Shown: in pieces, positions 28,694 through 41,811 of the stretch
Layout: every line of letters starts with the position of its first letter
Position numbering within the stretch: position 1 is the stretch's first letter
Assembly (NCBI GenBank): GCA_021613535.1
Contig: CP075492.1
Location: 6,758,001 to 6,822,000 of the forward strand
DNA length: 64,000 nucleotides
Origin: Adineta vaga
Taxonomy: Eukaryota; Animalia; Rotifera
Direction of reading: 5' to 3'
Program-made: the position numbers and the translations under genes
The notes under the pieces: generated by a model
What the model was told of the DNA's origin: nothing
Database searches by the model: none
Seen by the model: only the letters and a program-made list of their open reading frames with translations

Positions 28694-29990
28694 TTAAGTG
28701 CAATAATGACCTAACTGTACTGTTAATTCAACGTTTATATATTCCAGCTTTGATTAGATAAAACAGTTGTTCTTTTTTTTCTTCATATTTTTGTATTTAT
28801 TTTCGCAATTTTGGTTTCTATCAAACAATATTATATTCAGTTCACGTTTTAATAGAACCATTCTCGAAGCAGAGAAATTTCTCAAAGTTAAACACATTTT
28901 TCTTGTTGGTTGACTGCCTAATATGCATTCCAAAGGAAAGATATACACAAATTATCTGCAAATATTCTGAATGTCATTCCGAGTACGAAAATTCTCACAC
29001 TGATTATATTATTCACACTAAATAAATAGAATTAATTACATCATCTATCATATTTCATGCTCTATGCAAAACATTTTACTATACTATCCGTTTATCGTGT
29101 CTTGATATAAGTAACTATATATAAAGATATGTTGATAATTACATTAATATTCTATGCAAGATTTTTTTTCTTAAAATTAATTAGATATGACTTAGATCAA
29201 ATTGACCTGTGATATAGAACAAATTTGAGTTGAATCGCACATTACTATACGGAAAAGAATGATAACTTTTTGTAAGATTTCTTATTGAAAGTATACAAAG
29301 ACTTGCTACAAGTCACGTTTACATTATAATTAGATTTAATTGATTCTGTTAATATGAAAGATCAGAAGACACTTACGTTGCTTTGAAAAGATAAAAGATC
29401 ATATTATTTAACATTGATCTTTGTTCCAGAGAGCAGATTATAGCGTATATTTCTTCTTTATTACCCTATAATTATTTTCGAAAGGAGAAACACATCGAAC
29501 TGTTTTTCTTCCATAGATTAAAATCCTAGAGAAATATTGACTAACGATAATTTTTGTTTTGTAATAAACATATTCAGACAGATTAAGTCATCAGTTAATC
29601 GATGACAAGTATAAACATATCAATTAGTGGACAACATGCAAACTTGAATGACGATGTTTTTACTCATTAGTGTTGTTCATAATAGAAACAAAGCGTGAGA
29701 TAATAAAAGATTAATTAAATCTTGGAAACTCTGATGACAATATTCTATACGTGACAAAGATGACAGAAAAAAGAATATTCGTCATGAAAAATGCCGGTAA
29801 TATAAGAGAACAGTCGTGCCTTTTCTCAACTCAATGAACTATTATTTTATTACCGACATTAAACAAAAGTTACAATCAGAAAGGAAACAAGTTCAACTCA
29901 ATTTGTTAATTAGATCTGATAATATTAGAGCAGATTATTCTGCTTTTCTCTTTTTCTTTATTTAGTTGTAAAACAAACATCAAATTACAT

Positions 29991-31453
29991 TTACATCCAG
30001 GTTTCAGTTTTACCACTAGTGTTTCGATGTTCTTCTTGTTGATTGAAATTAAATTGTTCAAGACGTTGATTCGTCGTTATCCGTAGACTTTTTCCATTCA
30101 ATGAACTATAGAAAGGTACAGGTGGTGGTAAAGGACTTTTATCAATAAGAATCAATTGCGATCGTTTTTTCTTTCGTTTATATTGTCGGCGTTTTTTAAA
30201 ATAAAGACATGGTTGAAATAATGATCGAACTAATAGAATACATTCATGACGAAAACTTAAACTTGTAAACATATATGCATAAAAATTCACAGAATGACTA
30301 ACATGTCGTAGAATATAGGTTATTTCCGACCAATAATATAATGTACCATCGCGATCTTCTAGAATAATCATTAGAAAATAGAATATTATATATGGTAAAT
30401 AGAATAATGCATATGTTATTGATATAACAAGTAAGGTTGAACGTGTTGAACGATAATTTGTAATGTCTGAACGACGTTTGGTTTTATCATCAATTTGTGT
30501 TGAGTAAATACGTTTGATCACACATAATATCGTAATATTAACAATGGAAATTAGAAGAGCTGGAATAGCTAAACTTAAAACACCAGCAACAAGTATATTC
30601 ATTAATAAAGTTAAACGATCTTCTGCATATTTCGAACGAATCGTACAAACACTTCTATAATCAACAACCGTTCCATTCTTATGTGTAGAATTTCGATGAG
30701 ATATTTGTTTAGGATTATATTCTAAAACTATAAATGAATAACTATTTGCAATTGAAAAAATCACTATTAATGAAATAAGAAGTATAATATTCGATCGAAT
30801 AGTATTAAATTTATGAAAAATATTTATAAAACGAATAAATGTAAAACATGTCAATAACCATGAACATAATGCAGCACATAAACGATTCATCATATAAGAA
30901 AAATAACATGAAAATGCTGACATATGCATTAGAGAAAGAAATTCAATGCGTTGAATTTTATGAAGATAATTTAATAAAGTTTCAATAATCCAATATAATA
31001 ATAAACATGTGTCTAAAATAGAAAACAAAATACAATCGGATTAGAAAGTTAGTTGTGCACCTGGTGATCTTTCTCATTAGATAAATAAGAGTTTTTGATT
31101 AAATTTTCTAAAGTCATGTTATTATTTTCTTAATCAAACAAAGAAAATTCGATGTACTTGAAAAATAAGACGATATTTATTGAAGCAAAAAACTAATTCA
31201 TTAGGATTTCAGTTCATGAATAGTTTATTCTCATTTCAAATAGCTTAAAGATCATTTCTAAAGTCATTTACTTACCTAAAATAGATATTTCCACAAGATA
31301 TAGATGAAAAACTTTCCGTTGAAAATGAATCGTTCGTAAATAAAGCGCTTTTATACACACAATTATTGTTAATAAATTGCCTGGTAAACCAAAAACACAA
31401 CATAAAATAGCCATTATTTGACGAAAACGATTCAAAAATTCTTCAGATATCAT
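29991..31453 (-). CDS. Class A (rhodopsin-like) GPCR, peptide-receptor-like orphan; exons 31453-31276 and 31012-29991
   Basis: TM1 GLPGNLL, TM2 LVEISILD, TM3 SWLLTCFTFIRF, TM6 YALFYLPY, TM7 HSVNFYAY, helix 8 SFRHE. Confidence 0.88.
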
Positions 31454-33068
31454 TTTGAAATTTGATTTAAAGGAATTGAATTTCGATAGTCATCTAAAAA
31501 TAACATACAATGTCATGTGACATATATGAAACAAATTACACGATCTTTCTTTTTCTCTCCAAAGATGTCTAGGAAAAAAGAATCTATTTATTATGACTTA
31601 ATTTTACGTGATCTCTTTGTTAATCGTATTGGACACGTAGTCATCGTCTGACTCGGATGATAACATAATTAATAAAAACGAATGGAAATAACCGGAAATA
31701 GAAAGTTCCTACATAAAATGTTTACTAAAAGAATTAACAAATGTCAAATTGATCAATAGTTTTCTTCCTAACTTGAAGATGTTCTTAGAAAACAAAATCT
31801 AAATAATTACCATATTCATGAGATTAGTCGAGTGGTAATATATCACTATGACAAAAAAACAATGTCGTCAAGTCGAATGAATGAACTTCTGTTTTTCAGT
31901 TCTATTAATTTTACTTACGGAATAGAAATAAATAACATGTCGATAATATTTCATGACTTTTCCATCTGTTTTCCATCTTACAAATCATTAACTGTTCGTC
32001 AAAATAAAAACATTAATACATATTAGTATTAATGAGTTACATTTTCTTATTTTATCAAGTTGATATTAAATGAATATGATTTTTTTCCTATGTACTTTAT
32101 GAAATTAAATAATAATACACACTGAAATATTAGCAAGGTTAGTTTTTTTCATCTGACTAATTGTTAACTATTAAAATAATTATCGAAGAAAATTCTTCAA
32201 TTAAAAAGGAAAGCACGTGTTGACTAATGTGTGTGTGTACGTGACTTACCGCCTTCTCTTTCAGAACTAAAGATAAACGTATCATAGATCTAACTTCTTA
32301 TTATCCTTAAATTATAATTCCATATCATTAATGAAACATATACCTGAGAAAAAATGATAGTTATATATTTTACTTATGTCTGACTATTTCCCGGACGTGT
32401 TTCACCAAACAATAGAAAAGTGAACTGGAAAGTAATGAAGAGTAAAGCAATATTAATTCGAATAGTGTACTTGATCTACTCTTGGAACTTTCGGAAAAGC
32501 TATATTACAGAAAATGTTGTCAAATAAGTATATGTAAACGATTAGATAAAGATCTTCCAATGATCTTACAAAGGTTTCTATTTACATAAGAAAGCATAGA
32601 GAATTCAATAAGCATTTCCATACTAATGTCAACGAAATGATGCGTATTCACAACTGAAGAAAAGATTAGCCGAGAGAGATAGACTAATGCAACTAAAAAA
32701 GAAAAGCCGAGACTATCTTTTCTCTTTTTTTTTCTCTCTCTTTCTCTTCTCTGTTCTGCACTTCTGTAATCTACTATATGCAGAAAATTCATTGTTGCAT
32801 TATCTAAAGACAAACATGAATTGTAATATTTCATTGAATTTATTTCGTGTTAATCAAAATATCGAAAGAAAATGATCAAATTTTCTGTTTTAAAAAAAGT
32901 CTTGCGTGTTCTTCTGTTGATTTTTATTAAATGGGTTTAAGATATATATTTTTCTTTTTCTTTGACTTCAATTTTGCACATCATTGTTGATCTTGCCAAC
33001 CTTGGCCGTCTGTTTATATGTTTCGATAGAAAAAAAAAACATATAAAAGAAAAAGAAAAACAGTAACG

Positions 33069-35784
33069 ATGGCAGTAGTGCGGTCAATCGTTGCTTAATT
33101 ATAAAACGAAATTCTTCTCCTTTCTCACTGTAATAGTAATAGTAGTAGTTTAAAAAGAAAAGAACAGGACGATATTTGCACTTTTCTTTCAATACACGCT
33201 CATATACATCGATCAAACAAGCTATTTTTAAGCATTCTATTTGTTTGCAAATGCCAAATATATGATTAGTCCGAAAAAATGAAACCTTCCATAGAATTAT
33301 CACTTGATACCTATTGTTGTTTTCTTTTATTTTAGGTTAATACATTCGAAACTGGAAACAACGAGTCATATCAAATTCTATTCATGTTGTACGCATCAAA
33401 TAAATTTATATGAAAAGAAAGAATATTTAAGTAAAAGTGAGACAATTCAAAAGTATTCTTATCTTTCTGAATAGTTGTCATAATTGCACAGAGATTTTTG
33501 CACGAAAAAGACATCTTTTAATAAATATTGTATTCTTATCATGTTTTTTCTTCTTCTTCCTAGTAATCCAGTTGAACAAGATTTAGACTCATTTATTCGA
33601 ACATTCCGTTCTGAACGAGCTCAATCAAAAATGAGTAATTCCCCAAGAGATGTGCCTCTTTCTTCAGCACCTCGTTCATCGAATACTGAGGTTACCAAAT
33701 CATTTTCCATGAATTCAACTCGTCCTTTACCTTCATTATCAGAACATGATATTCAAAAGATGAAATATAAGATTGATCTTGGTTAGAATCAGTATTTCTG
33801 TTTGTTTTTTTAACTGAGATTAATATTCATTTAGATAAACAAGTTGCTGAGAAAAAACAACGAAATGATCAAGAATGGGAAACGAAACTTGAGCGAGATA
33901 AGAAATATGTAAATGAAAATTTTAACTTTTTCTTTCAGTTGATTTTTAACTGACAACAATAACATAATTTTAAACAACCTTGACAACTTCTTTTCTACAC
34001 TTAAAACAATTTTCTAACAATAACAAACGTTCACAGAGATTCATTGACTAATTTCCCCGTAATCTATTACCTTTCTTTTTTTGTTTTCATCATTCTCATA
34101 TACATAGGCTAAGCAGCAAGCTCTATTTGGTAGACATGAACAAACGAATCCTATCAGTAAGATGATATTTTGGTTTTGATGAAGAATCCATGTGTGATTT
34201 GTCATAGGAAAACAAGAATTAGAACAAATTTTAGCACAAAGTAAAATTCCTTCACCACTTGTATTGAAAAAGCCAGAGATATTAGCACATCATTATCAAC
34301 ATTTAAATGGTTCAAATGATAATAATAATAATTTCGATTCATCTCAACAACTAACATATAGACATTATTCTCCGAATGGTAATTACTCAGCAAAAACAAC
34401 AAAACCATCTTCTCCTTCGAATGATTTCTTACAAAGCAGTAATTCTAATTTTCAACGTTTCTACAGCACGGTAAATTATGATTGATTATCTTCTAGCCGA
34501 TTATTTCCACGATATCCATGCTATAACGAATACCCCAGAGACTTACATAATTTTAATTTTAATGAAGTTTATGTGTTCTATGTTTTAGAAAACAAGCGAG
34601 AATCGAATCTCATCACATGTAACACCATTATCTACGACTGCTCAACCAGTGAAAGGTGATGCACATGATCCGTTCATTTCTTTTGGTAAATCAAGAGATT
34701 AAATAAGTAAAAACAAGGTTATATTTTGATTGTTTACATAGATCCAAATAAAGAACCACAACAAGTATTTAATATAATTCCTCAACAAAATTTATATGAA
34801 CCATGGGGTCGACCAGGTGCTGGTGCACCTTTAATTCATCAAGAAACTGGACAGAAATTCACCAGATACGCTGGTACTTTAGAAGATAAACTAGTAAAGT
34901 TCTTTTTCTTTCTTCGTATGTCAAATGTAAATTATGTCATTCGAATAGAATACAGTTGGACCATTGAGTTTCTATCGAGAACAATATAATGGAAATATCT
35001 TCGATCAAAAACGTGATATTGAAATCGAAAAAACACGTCGTCAACAAGAAAAACAAGAACGACGATTAAATGTAAAGGAATGTGTTGTTTTTCGAAATGA
35101 AAAACATCTTTTTCTTCTTCTCTATAGCCTGGTGAAACTGCTGCTGATTGGATTTCTCAACTTGAAGGTAGTCATTATCCTTTGAAATTTCACAAACCAA
35201 CAACAAAAACAACTCGTCATGTATAATTCTTTTTCTTCACGATTGCACTAGTTTATTATTTTTTTCTTTTTCAGTATACTGGTACACATGATCCCTATTC
35301 TGCTGAAGAATCACAGACATTTCGTAATGAACTCTCTCGCCAAACACAAGAACGAGCTCGTCAACTACAAATCGCTCGATATGAAGATAATCTTGCTGAT
35401 CTATGTGTAATCATCTAAAAACATACCTACAAACTATTCTTCTTCTTCTTCTTCTTCTTCTTCTTTTTCTAGCATACTGAAGTGCAAAACAGTTGGTGGG
35501 GTAGAGAAGCAGCTGGCGTAGCAAAACCAAAGAACCGTCCTGCTAACCCTCAAAATACATCCAATAATTCGCAGTCATATTGGGTATAATGAACCTTCTC
35601 TATCTTATTCATTTAATATTCAGTTCTATTCTAGACATCCAACACTCTCGGTCAAAGAATAACGACTGATAACAAACCATCACTTCCAGTGCGGTACTAC
35701 GATGCTCAATTTTCTTATTCAAAGCCAAAGTTTGTTTCTAAACATACGAACTTTTATCAATTATCGGATAGTAACAATACTTAA
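33069..35784 (+). CDS. Multi-exon protein resembling CSPP1/CCDC66-type centrosomal/ciliary proteins; start tentative
   Basis: Spliced exons give DLDSFIRTFRSERAQ, coiled-coil YKIDLDKQVAEKKQR, and YEPWGRPGAGAPL (similar to the CSPP1 PWGKGGGGAPL motif). Stop TAA 35782-35784. A gene is likely; the family call is weaker. Confidence 0.5.
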
Positions 35785-36058
35785 ATTTTCATGCGCGTTT
35801 GTTTCATAATCATTCATTCTTTACAACATGAAATATATTGAAATATGTTCTTTCTAATTATTAGTTTTGATTGCTTCAAACTAGAAGAGTTAATAAGATC
35901 ATTCATACATAACTTGAGGAGAGTGTCATAGGACAGAAGAAGATTCTAAACTATTCCCTGTATAATCGATTATGTTTAAAAAGCAAGTTGGTATTCGATG
36001 ATATAAGTCATAAAAAAAACCTTTATTGTCATCATATTCGGATAAAATGAAAACAGTC

Positions 36059-36876
36059 TCATTTTATTTTCGATATTTTTTCTAAATATTCTTCTTCATG
36101 AGATGCAGCTGTAAAGCGTTTAAATAATCGATTATTTTTAAAATATTCAGCTAATGCTGGTCGTTGTTTCATAGTTTGTTCTAATTTTACTAATGCTTCA
36201 CAATCCGTTGGTAAGAATACTGAATGTATATCACGTGCAGTTAAATATGCTTCAAATGCAAAATAATCAGCAATTGTTGGTTCTGTTTGATCATAGAAAA
36301 ATGTTGTAGAACTTTGTTTTAGTAATGTATTTAACGATGCAATATTATCTCGTACGCCCATTATTTGATAATATGCAACACTTTCCTTATTTTCTATATC
36401 TACCGATTCCCATATAGCTTTGCACGCATTGACAATGACATCAGTATATGCACAAGACACAACACCATTGAGATAGGCTTCCAATAGTATGGGATCATTT
36501 ATTGATGATGTGATTTTTCCGTAGAGATTAAATTTTCTTGCTAAAAGATGTGCTACAATATAAAAATGTTCAAAGTGAAGAAAGTTTATTTCACATTAAA
36601 AGTATTACCTATGGTTAAAGTTTGACCAAAAACTTGTTTATCATTCCAATGAAGCACAGGTAAAGTTCGAAATGGTCCAGAAATAGTTTGATCAGCTTTA
36701 TGTTCTGCCCATGTTGTCATCATCGATTCTATTAATTCAAAATCTTCTTTGTAATCAACATTTTTATTTGCATAGGCAATATCTTCAAGTATGTAACGGC
36801 ATGCCTGAACACGACCACGAACATCCCAATAATGAAGTTGAAGTTTGATGTTATTTGAATCTACTGTTTTTGACAT
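36059..36876 (-). CDS. Glutathione S-transferase (Tyr-type), copy 1, 2 exons
   Basis: LHYWDVRGRVQACR, PFRTLPVL, GQTLTIG, C-terminal domain PTIADYFAFE. One intron at about 36554-36608. Confidence 0.9.
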
Positions 36877-37177
36877 TATTCAAGTTAAAAAGTAAAAAGA
36901 TGAATGAATAGATGGTTTGCGTAAAAGAAGAAAATGACGAAGTAGATTTTGTTTTCCTCCACATTTGAGACGTCGAAGTTAAATGTCGAATAAATAATTG
37001 TATATTTACTCTCACTTGTTTCTATCGCCCTCTACGCGATGATGAAATGTAAAATTTGTATGAGATATTTTGATCAAAACTTTTCTCTACTTTTATGAGT
37101 TTTATTGATAATGAATAATAATGAATAAGAACCTTATGAATGATTAATTTAGTTCGGTACTATAAAATGAATATGAG

Positions 37178-38006
37178 TTATTTTAATGTTTCAGGTAGTT
37201 TTGCCAAATATTCATCTTCTTTTGGTGATCCAGTAAAACGTTTGAACAATAAACCTTTGTTGAAATAATTTGATATTCCTGGTCGTTCTAGCATCACCTT
37301 TTCTAATTTGACCAAAGCTTGACGATCATCTTCACCAGGTAACATTTTTTCAGTATAATCTCGTGCAAGTGTAAATGCTTCGAAGACGAAATAATCAGCG
37401 ATAGTTGGTTCTGTTTGATCATAGAAAAACGATGTTGAACTTTTTTTCAATAAATTATTCAATGCTTTCAAATCATTTGGAACCTTTTTTGTCATACGAT
37501 TCATCGGGTTACTTTCAGTAACAAAATCAGCAGCACTCCAAATACATGTTAAAACATTTGAGATGATATCAGTATATGCACATGAAACAACACCATCAAT
37601 ATATCCGTGTAGAACATCTTCTTCATCGATTGATGATGTTAATTTACCATATAAATCAAATTTTCGTGCTAAATATTGTCCTGTGAAAAATAAAAGAGAT
37701 AAAAAATATCTAAAGTTTATAATCATATGTATTAAACGTACCAATAGGTAAAGTTTGGGCAAAAATATGTTTATCGTTCCAATGAAGAACAGGTAAATTG
37801 CGGAAAGGACCAGATATATTTTCATCAGCTTTATGTTGTACCCATGATTCGAGTGCCTTTTCAATTAATTCAAAATCTTCTTGATAATCGACATTTTTAT
37901 TCGTTGCAGCAATATCTGCTAACATATATCGAACAGATTGAACGCGACCACGAGCATTCCAATAACGAAGTCGAATTTTGATAGGTTCTGATGTTTTTGT
38001 AGACAT
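37178..38006 (-). CDS. Glutathione S-transferase (Tyr-type), copy 2, tandem paralogue, 2 exons
   Basis: LRYWNARGRVQSVR, PFRNLPVL, AQTLPIG|QYLARKFDLYG, PTIADYFVFE. Intron at the same position as in copy 1 (about 37681-37741). ATG at 38006. Confidence 0.9.
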
Positions 38007-38291
38007 AGTATTCACTGTCGAGGAAAAATAACAAATGTATACGTTTTATGTCGAGGAGTGTCGTTTAAACGATGAAAAAAAACATCGACAACAGCATGAC
38101 TAGGCGTTTTTTCCTCTTATCCTGTAGCTTATCTTGTAAATATGTCACTAACACAGTTATGAGTTATCAAGAGACCATCTATTTACTGAATTTATAAGTA
38201 TATATTTTTATTATCAAAAACAAAAAGATGTTCTGTTTCAATTAAAACGAATATTACAAAATTTGAATTTTTCTTCGATGTTTTTTTTTTT

Positions 38292-40448
38292 CTATACATA
38301 AAGACTATCTGATGTAAATGCTGATGTATCTAGATTCGTAATTTGATGATGTTCAACTAAGGCATATAATTGTTCGAAACGTTTGAGACTATCTTGATAG
38401 GCTTGTTGTGATGAATGTATTGAATCTACCGATGCAGATGGTGGTCGAATAGTTAATTGTTGTACATGATCCGATGAAATATCCGATGATCCATAAACAC
38501 CTTCATCGATATCAGTACCAATCAGTCGATTATTTAAATGTGTTAAATATCTTTGAACCTAAACAATTTCATGTTGATAAGATTACTTTTCGATAGAGAC
38601 GAGAAAAACGGTTTTAAATTACCTTTTCGGAATAATCAAAATCACTTTGATGGATACCGCTCGGCTTGATTACTTTCATATCTACTGCTGCTGCTGCTTG
38701 TTGAACTCCATATTGATAGACACGATTCGATGAATTCTTAAAGAACAAAGAAGTTTAATCGTATTTTGTTTTCTTGAAGGAAAAGAAATTGAAGAGATTA
38801 ATGTAGCATACAATCATTAATCTATATATAAACATACATATCGTCTATTCAAATGAAGCAAGGTCAAATAACAATAGAAAATCAGTTATGGGTGTCAAAA
38901 TAAGAAAATAATTCAATGTAAGAAACTTTCACTCTGATCATTTCGTTCGCACTATCCAAAAGACATGTGAACGTGATCAGTTATTATCATATTTGTTCAT
39001 ATTACGTTTCCTTATTCCTATTCAAATACGTAAATTCTTTTGATCATCTAATAGGAAAAATGATCTAACTGTGTCTATTTGTTTTTTTTCTTCTCCCAAT
39101 AGCAAATAGAGTAACTTACCAATCTATCATCGAAAATTTCGATTGTTGTCTTTTGTGATGAACCTGTTCGTTCATTTGAACTTGTTGTACTACCATTCGA
39201 TGATGAATTGGGAATGGATTTCTTCGATGGATTTCTTTGTTTTCTTCGTAAGATAAAGGCGATTAGAAAACATACGGAAATTAAGATTGCAGAAAGAAAA
39301 ATAATAATAAAAAATGTAATAAATAAGACTATAGTTGTATTTTCCATTGGAAAACTTTTTGTTAACATTGTTTCATTGATTGAATGTATTCGAATGGGTA
39401 TCGATATTGTATTCGTTAGATTTCCACTATCATAAACAGTGACATTAATGATAAATGTTCCTGGCATGTCAGGCATTGAACGAAGAATTAATGTTCCATT
39501 ATTAATTAGATTTATATCGAGCGATGGTGAAACGGTATATGAATATGAGAAAATATTCGATTGAGAATGATCACGATCTTGAATGATGAATTGAGTAAGA
39601 ATAAATGGAACATCAGTTGTTTCATAAGGAATTAAAAATGATTGATTAACAGGTAATGAAGAAATAATCTCCGGTGGATTATCATTACAATCTTCAATCA
39701 ATAGATGAAGTAATGTAGATGAGGATAAAGATGGAATACCAAAATCAACACATTGTAAATGAATAACAACTGATTGTTCACTTTCATAATCGAATGATGA
39801 AGAATTTGTTGTTTGTAATGAATATGCATTTGTTGTCAAATAGATTAGATTTAAACGAGTATCATTCAATGTACAACTTACACGACCATTATCACCAGAG
39901 TCTTCATCAGTAATATAAATATACAATAAAGGTGTATCTAGATAGATAGATTTATATTTCGAAAGTCATGTTTTCCAAAACTATATCTTACGTACCTTTT
40001 AATGTACATTCTGGTAGATTGATCAAACGATTATTCATTTTAGTTCCATTAACTTCAGTTAATAAAACATCTGGAGAATGATCATTAACATCTGTTACAT
40101 CAATAATCAATGTTGCATAATTGGTCAGCTGTGGCACACCATTATCTTGTGCTATAAAATTGGTAATTGAACAAGTAAAAGAATCGATTAAAAAAATCTA
40201 CCTTTTATTGTGAATGAATATGTTCGTAATTTTTCATAATCTAAAGATTTCTTCAAATAGATTTCACCTGTCTGTTGATTGATGATAAATGTTGATGAAT
40301 GATCATCGATTGAATACGTTATTCGAGCATTCTCATTCTCATCTCGATCAGTTGCATGAATTTTTAAAATAATCGAATCAATTAGATAATTTTCTGGAAG
40401 TGATTTTTGATAAATCATTTGTTCAAAGATCGTAGCATTATTATTCAT
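38292..40448 (-). CDS. Protocadherin-like gene, 3' part (last three cadherin repeats, TM helix, cytoplasmic tail)
   Basis: ATDRDENENARITY, LDYE, QDNGVP, DVNDHSP, DEDSGDNG, FDYE, DCNDNPP, then a TM segment and a spliced tail ending SDSLYV* (stop 38292-38294). Confidence 0.75.
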
Positions 40449-40790
40449 TAAATAAAAGAAAGGAAAATTTACTTTATAACCACAATTTTAACGTATTGTT
40501 CTCCAGACAATGCTGGCTGTCCGCCATCAGATGTAATCGTTTGCTCCAAATGATTTCAATTTATTTATTAATCTCGATTTCCAGTTAGTATATGAAATGA
40601 TTTTTATTCTTTTTCTTAAGCAAAATGGGTTATTTATTATTGGTTTTAAATCATAATATTGGATTAAGAATAGACTATATTCATTGCCATGCTTTGATCA
40701 GGTGAAGTTTCATAATCAATTCGTACACTTTTCGGTATGACAAGTTCTATAGTTGATTGTCTAAATGTTGATGAATGATCATAGGTAACT
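40449..40790 (-). pseudogene. Decayed 5' cadherin repeats of the protocadherin
   Basis: Recognisable fragments (DHSSTFRQSTIELVIP; SDGGQPALSGEQYVKIVV) are broken by stops and frameshifts. The intron after VKIVV lacks an AG acceptor. Confidence 0.65.
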
Positions 40791-41046
40791 AATGATAATT
40801 TTAATAATAATGTTAAAGAAAAATTTTCAAAAAAGGCTCTTTAAAATTAACTTTCAATAACTATTTGAAGAGTGAGGACATTGTTGTGAAGGTTTATAAT
40901 AAATGGGGATAAGAATAGTCTGATACATATTACGAATATTTTTACAAATAAGAAGAATTCTTTCATGGTTTTATTTAGACAGACACACAACATGTAACTT
41001 CATATCGAATAAAGAAAAAGTATGTTACTGCAGTAATATAGCAGTT

Positions 41047-41811
41047 TTATTTGAAACGATACAGTTCACGCACACGCTTTAAATCGATTTTCTTTGTATC
41101 TGATAAATTAATAAAATGTCTAACTTGCCATGTTTTAGTTGTAGTTGCCTGCGTGCTTTCTGTTTTAACCCAAGGTGCATAGATTCGAATTGCACGTTTT
41201 CCACCCTTGCCATTTTTAGAGAGAATATTTTGAGAGGCTAAAACACTTTTGGTGAATATAAATTGACCAAACTTTTCACCTTCTCGCACGCATATAACAT
41301 ATATATCAATTGGATCATTTATATCATATGGCATAATTGGACCTTTTCCGATTCGTTTCCATAAAGTTACAAACTGACCAACTTTCGTCGGCGTAGTCTT
41401 AGCAACACGGAATTTAATGTGAACCTTGTTTATCGAAAAATCAAATGCTCCATATTCATCACTTTCCGGTTCGTTTTTTGGTTTTGAAGCGCTGCTTATA
41501 CCATATGGTTCATATACTAATTTATACGACAAATGAAGATCTGGATGTTTTCTAAAACCATCTTCGTAATTTTTTTCTGATACATCCGATGGACCTGCTT
41601 GCTCATTAGTTTTACTAAGCTTTTCTAATTGCTTTTTTTGTTCGTTGATGGAAGGAAGTATTTTCTGTTTTTTTACTTTTGATTCCATCGATCCTTCATC
41701 TTTTTTATCATTTGAACCAGCAACCTTTTCAGTTTCTGTCTTTCGTTTAGTTGGTTTTGAAGATTTTCCGGATGAAATTTCTTCACTTTCTTTTGGTTTA
41801 ATTTCTGACAT
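41047..41811 (-). CDS. mepB: MepB-family protein (bacterial type) with an added K/E-rich N-terminal extension; intronless CDS
   Basis: EPESDEYGA, IKFRVAKTTPTKVGQFVTLWKR, GQFIFTK, GKRAIRIYAPW, QA..TKTWQ match the MepB family. About 85 extra N-terminal residues contain KPTKRK and KVKKQK. Confidence 0.88.
   Translation of the reverse strand: MSEIKPKESEEISSGKSSKPTKRKTETEKVAGSNDKKDEGSMESKVKKQKILPSINEQKKQLEKLSKTNEQAGPSDVSEKNYEDGFRKHPDLHLSYKLVYEPYGISSASKPKNEPESDEYGAFDFSINKVHIKFRVAKTTPTKVGQFVTLWKRIGKGPIMPYDINDPIDIYVICVREGEKFGQFIFTKSVLASQNILSKNGKGGKRAIRIYAPWVKTESTQATTTKTWQVRHFINLSDTKKIDLKRVRELYRFK

Noticed and set aside
29731-29760. CTGATGA motif as a possible hammerhead ribozyme core
   Set aside because: No matching GAAA core or flanking helices.
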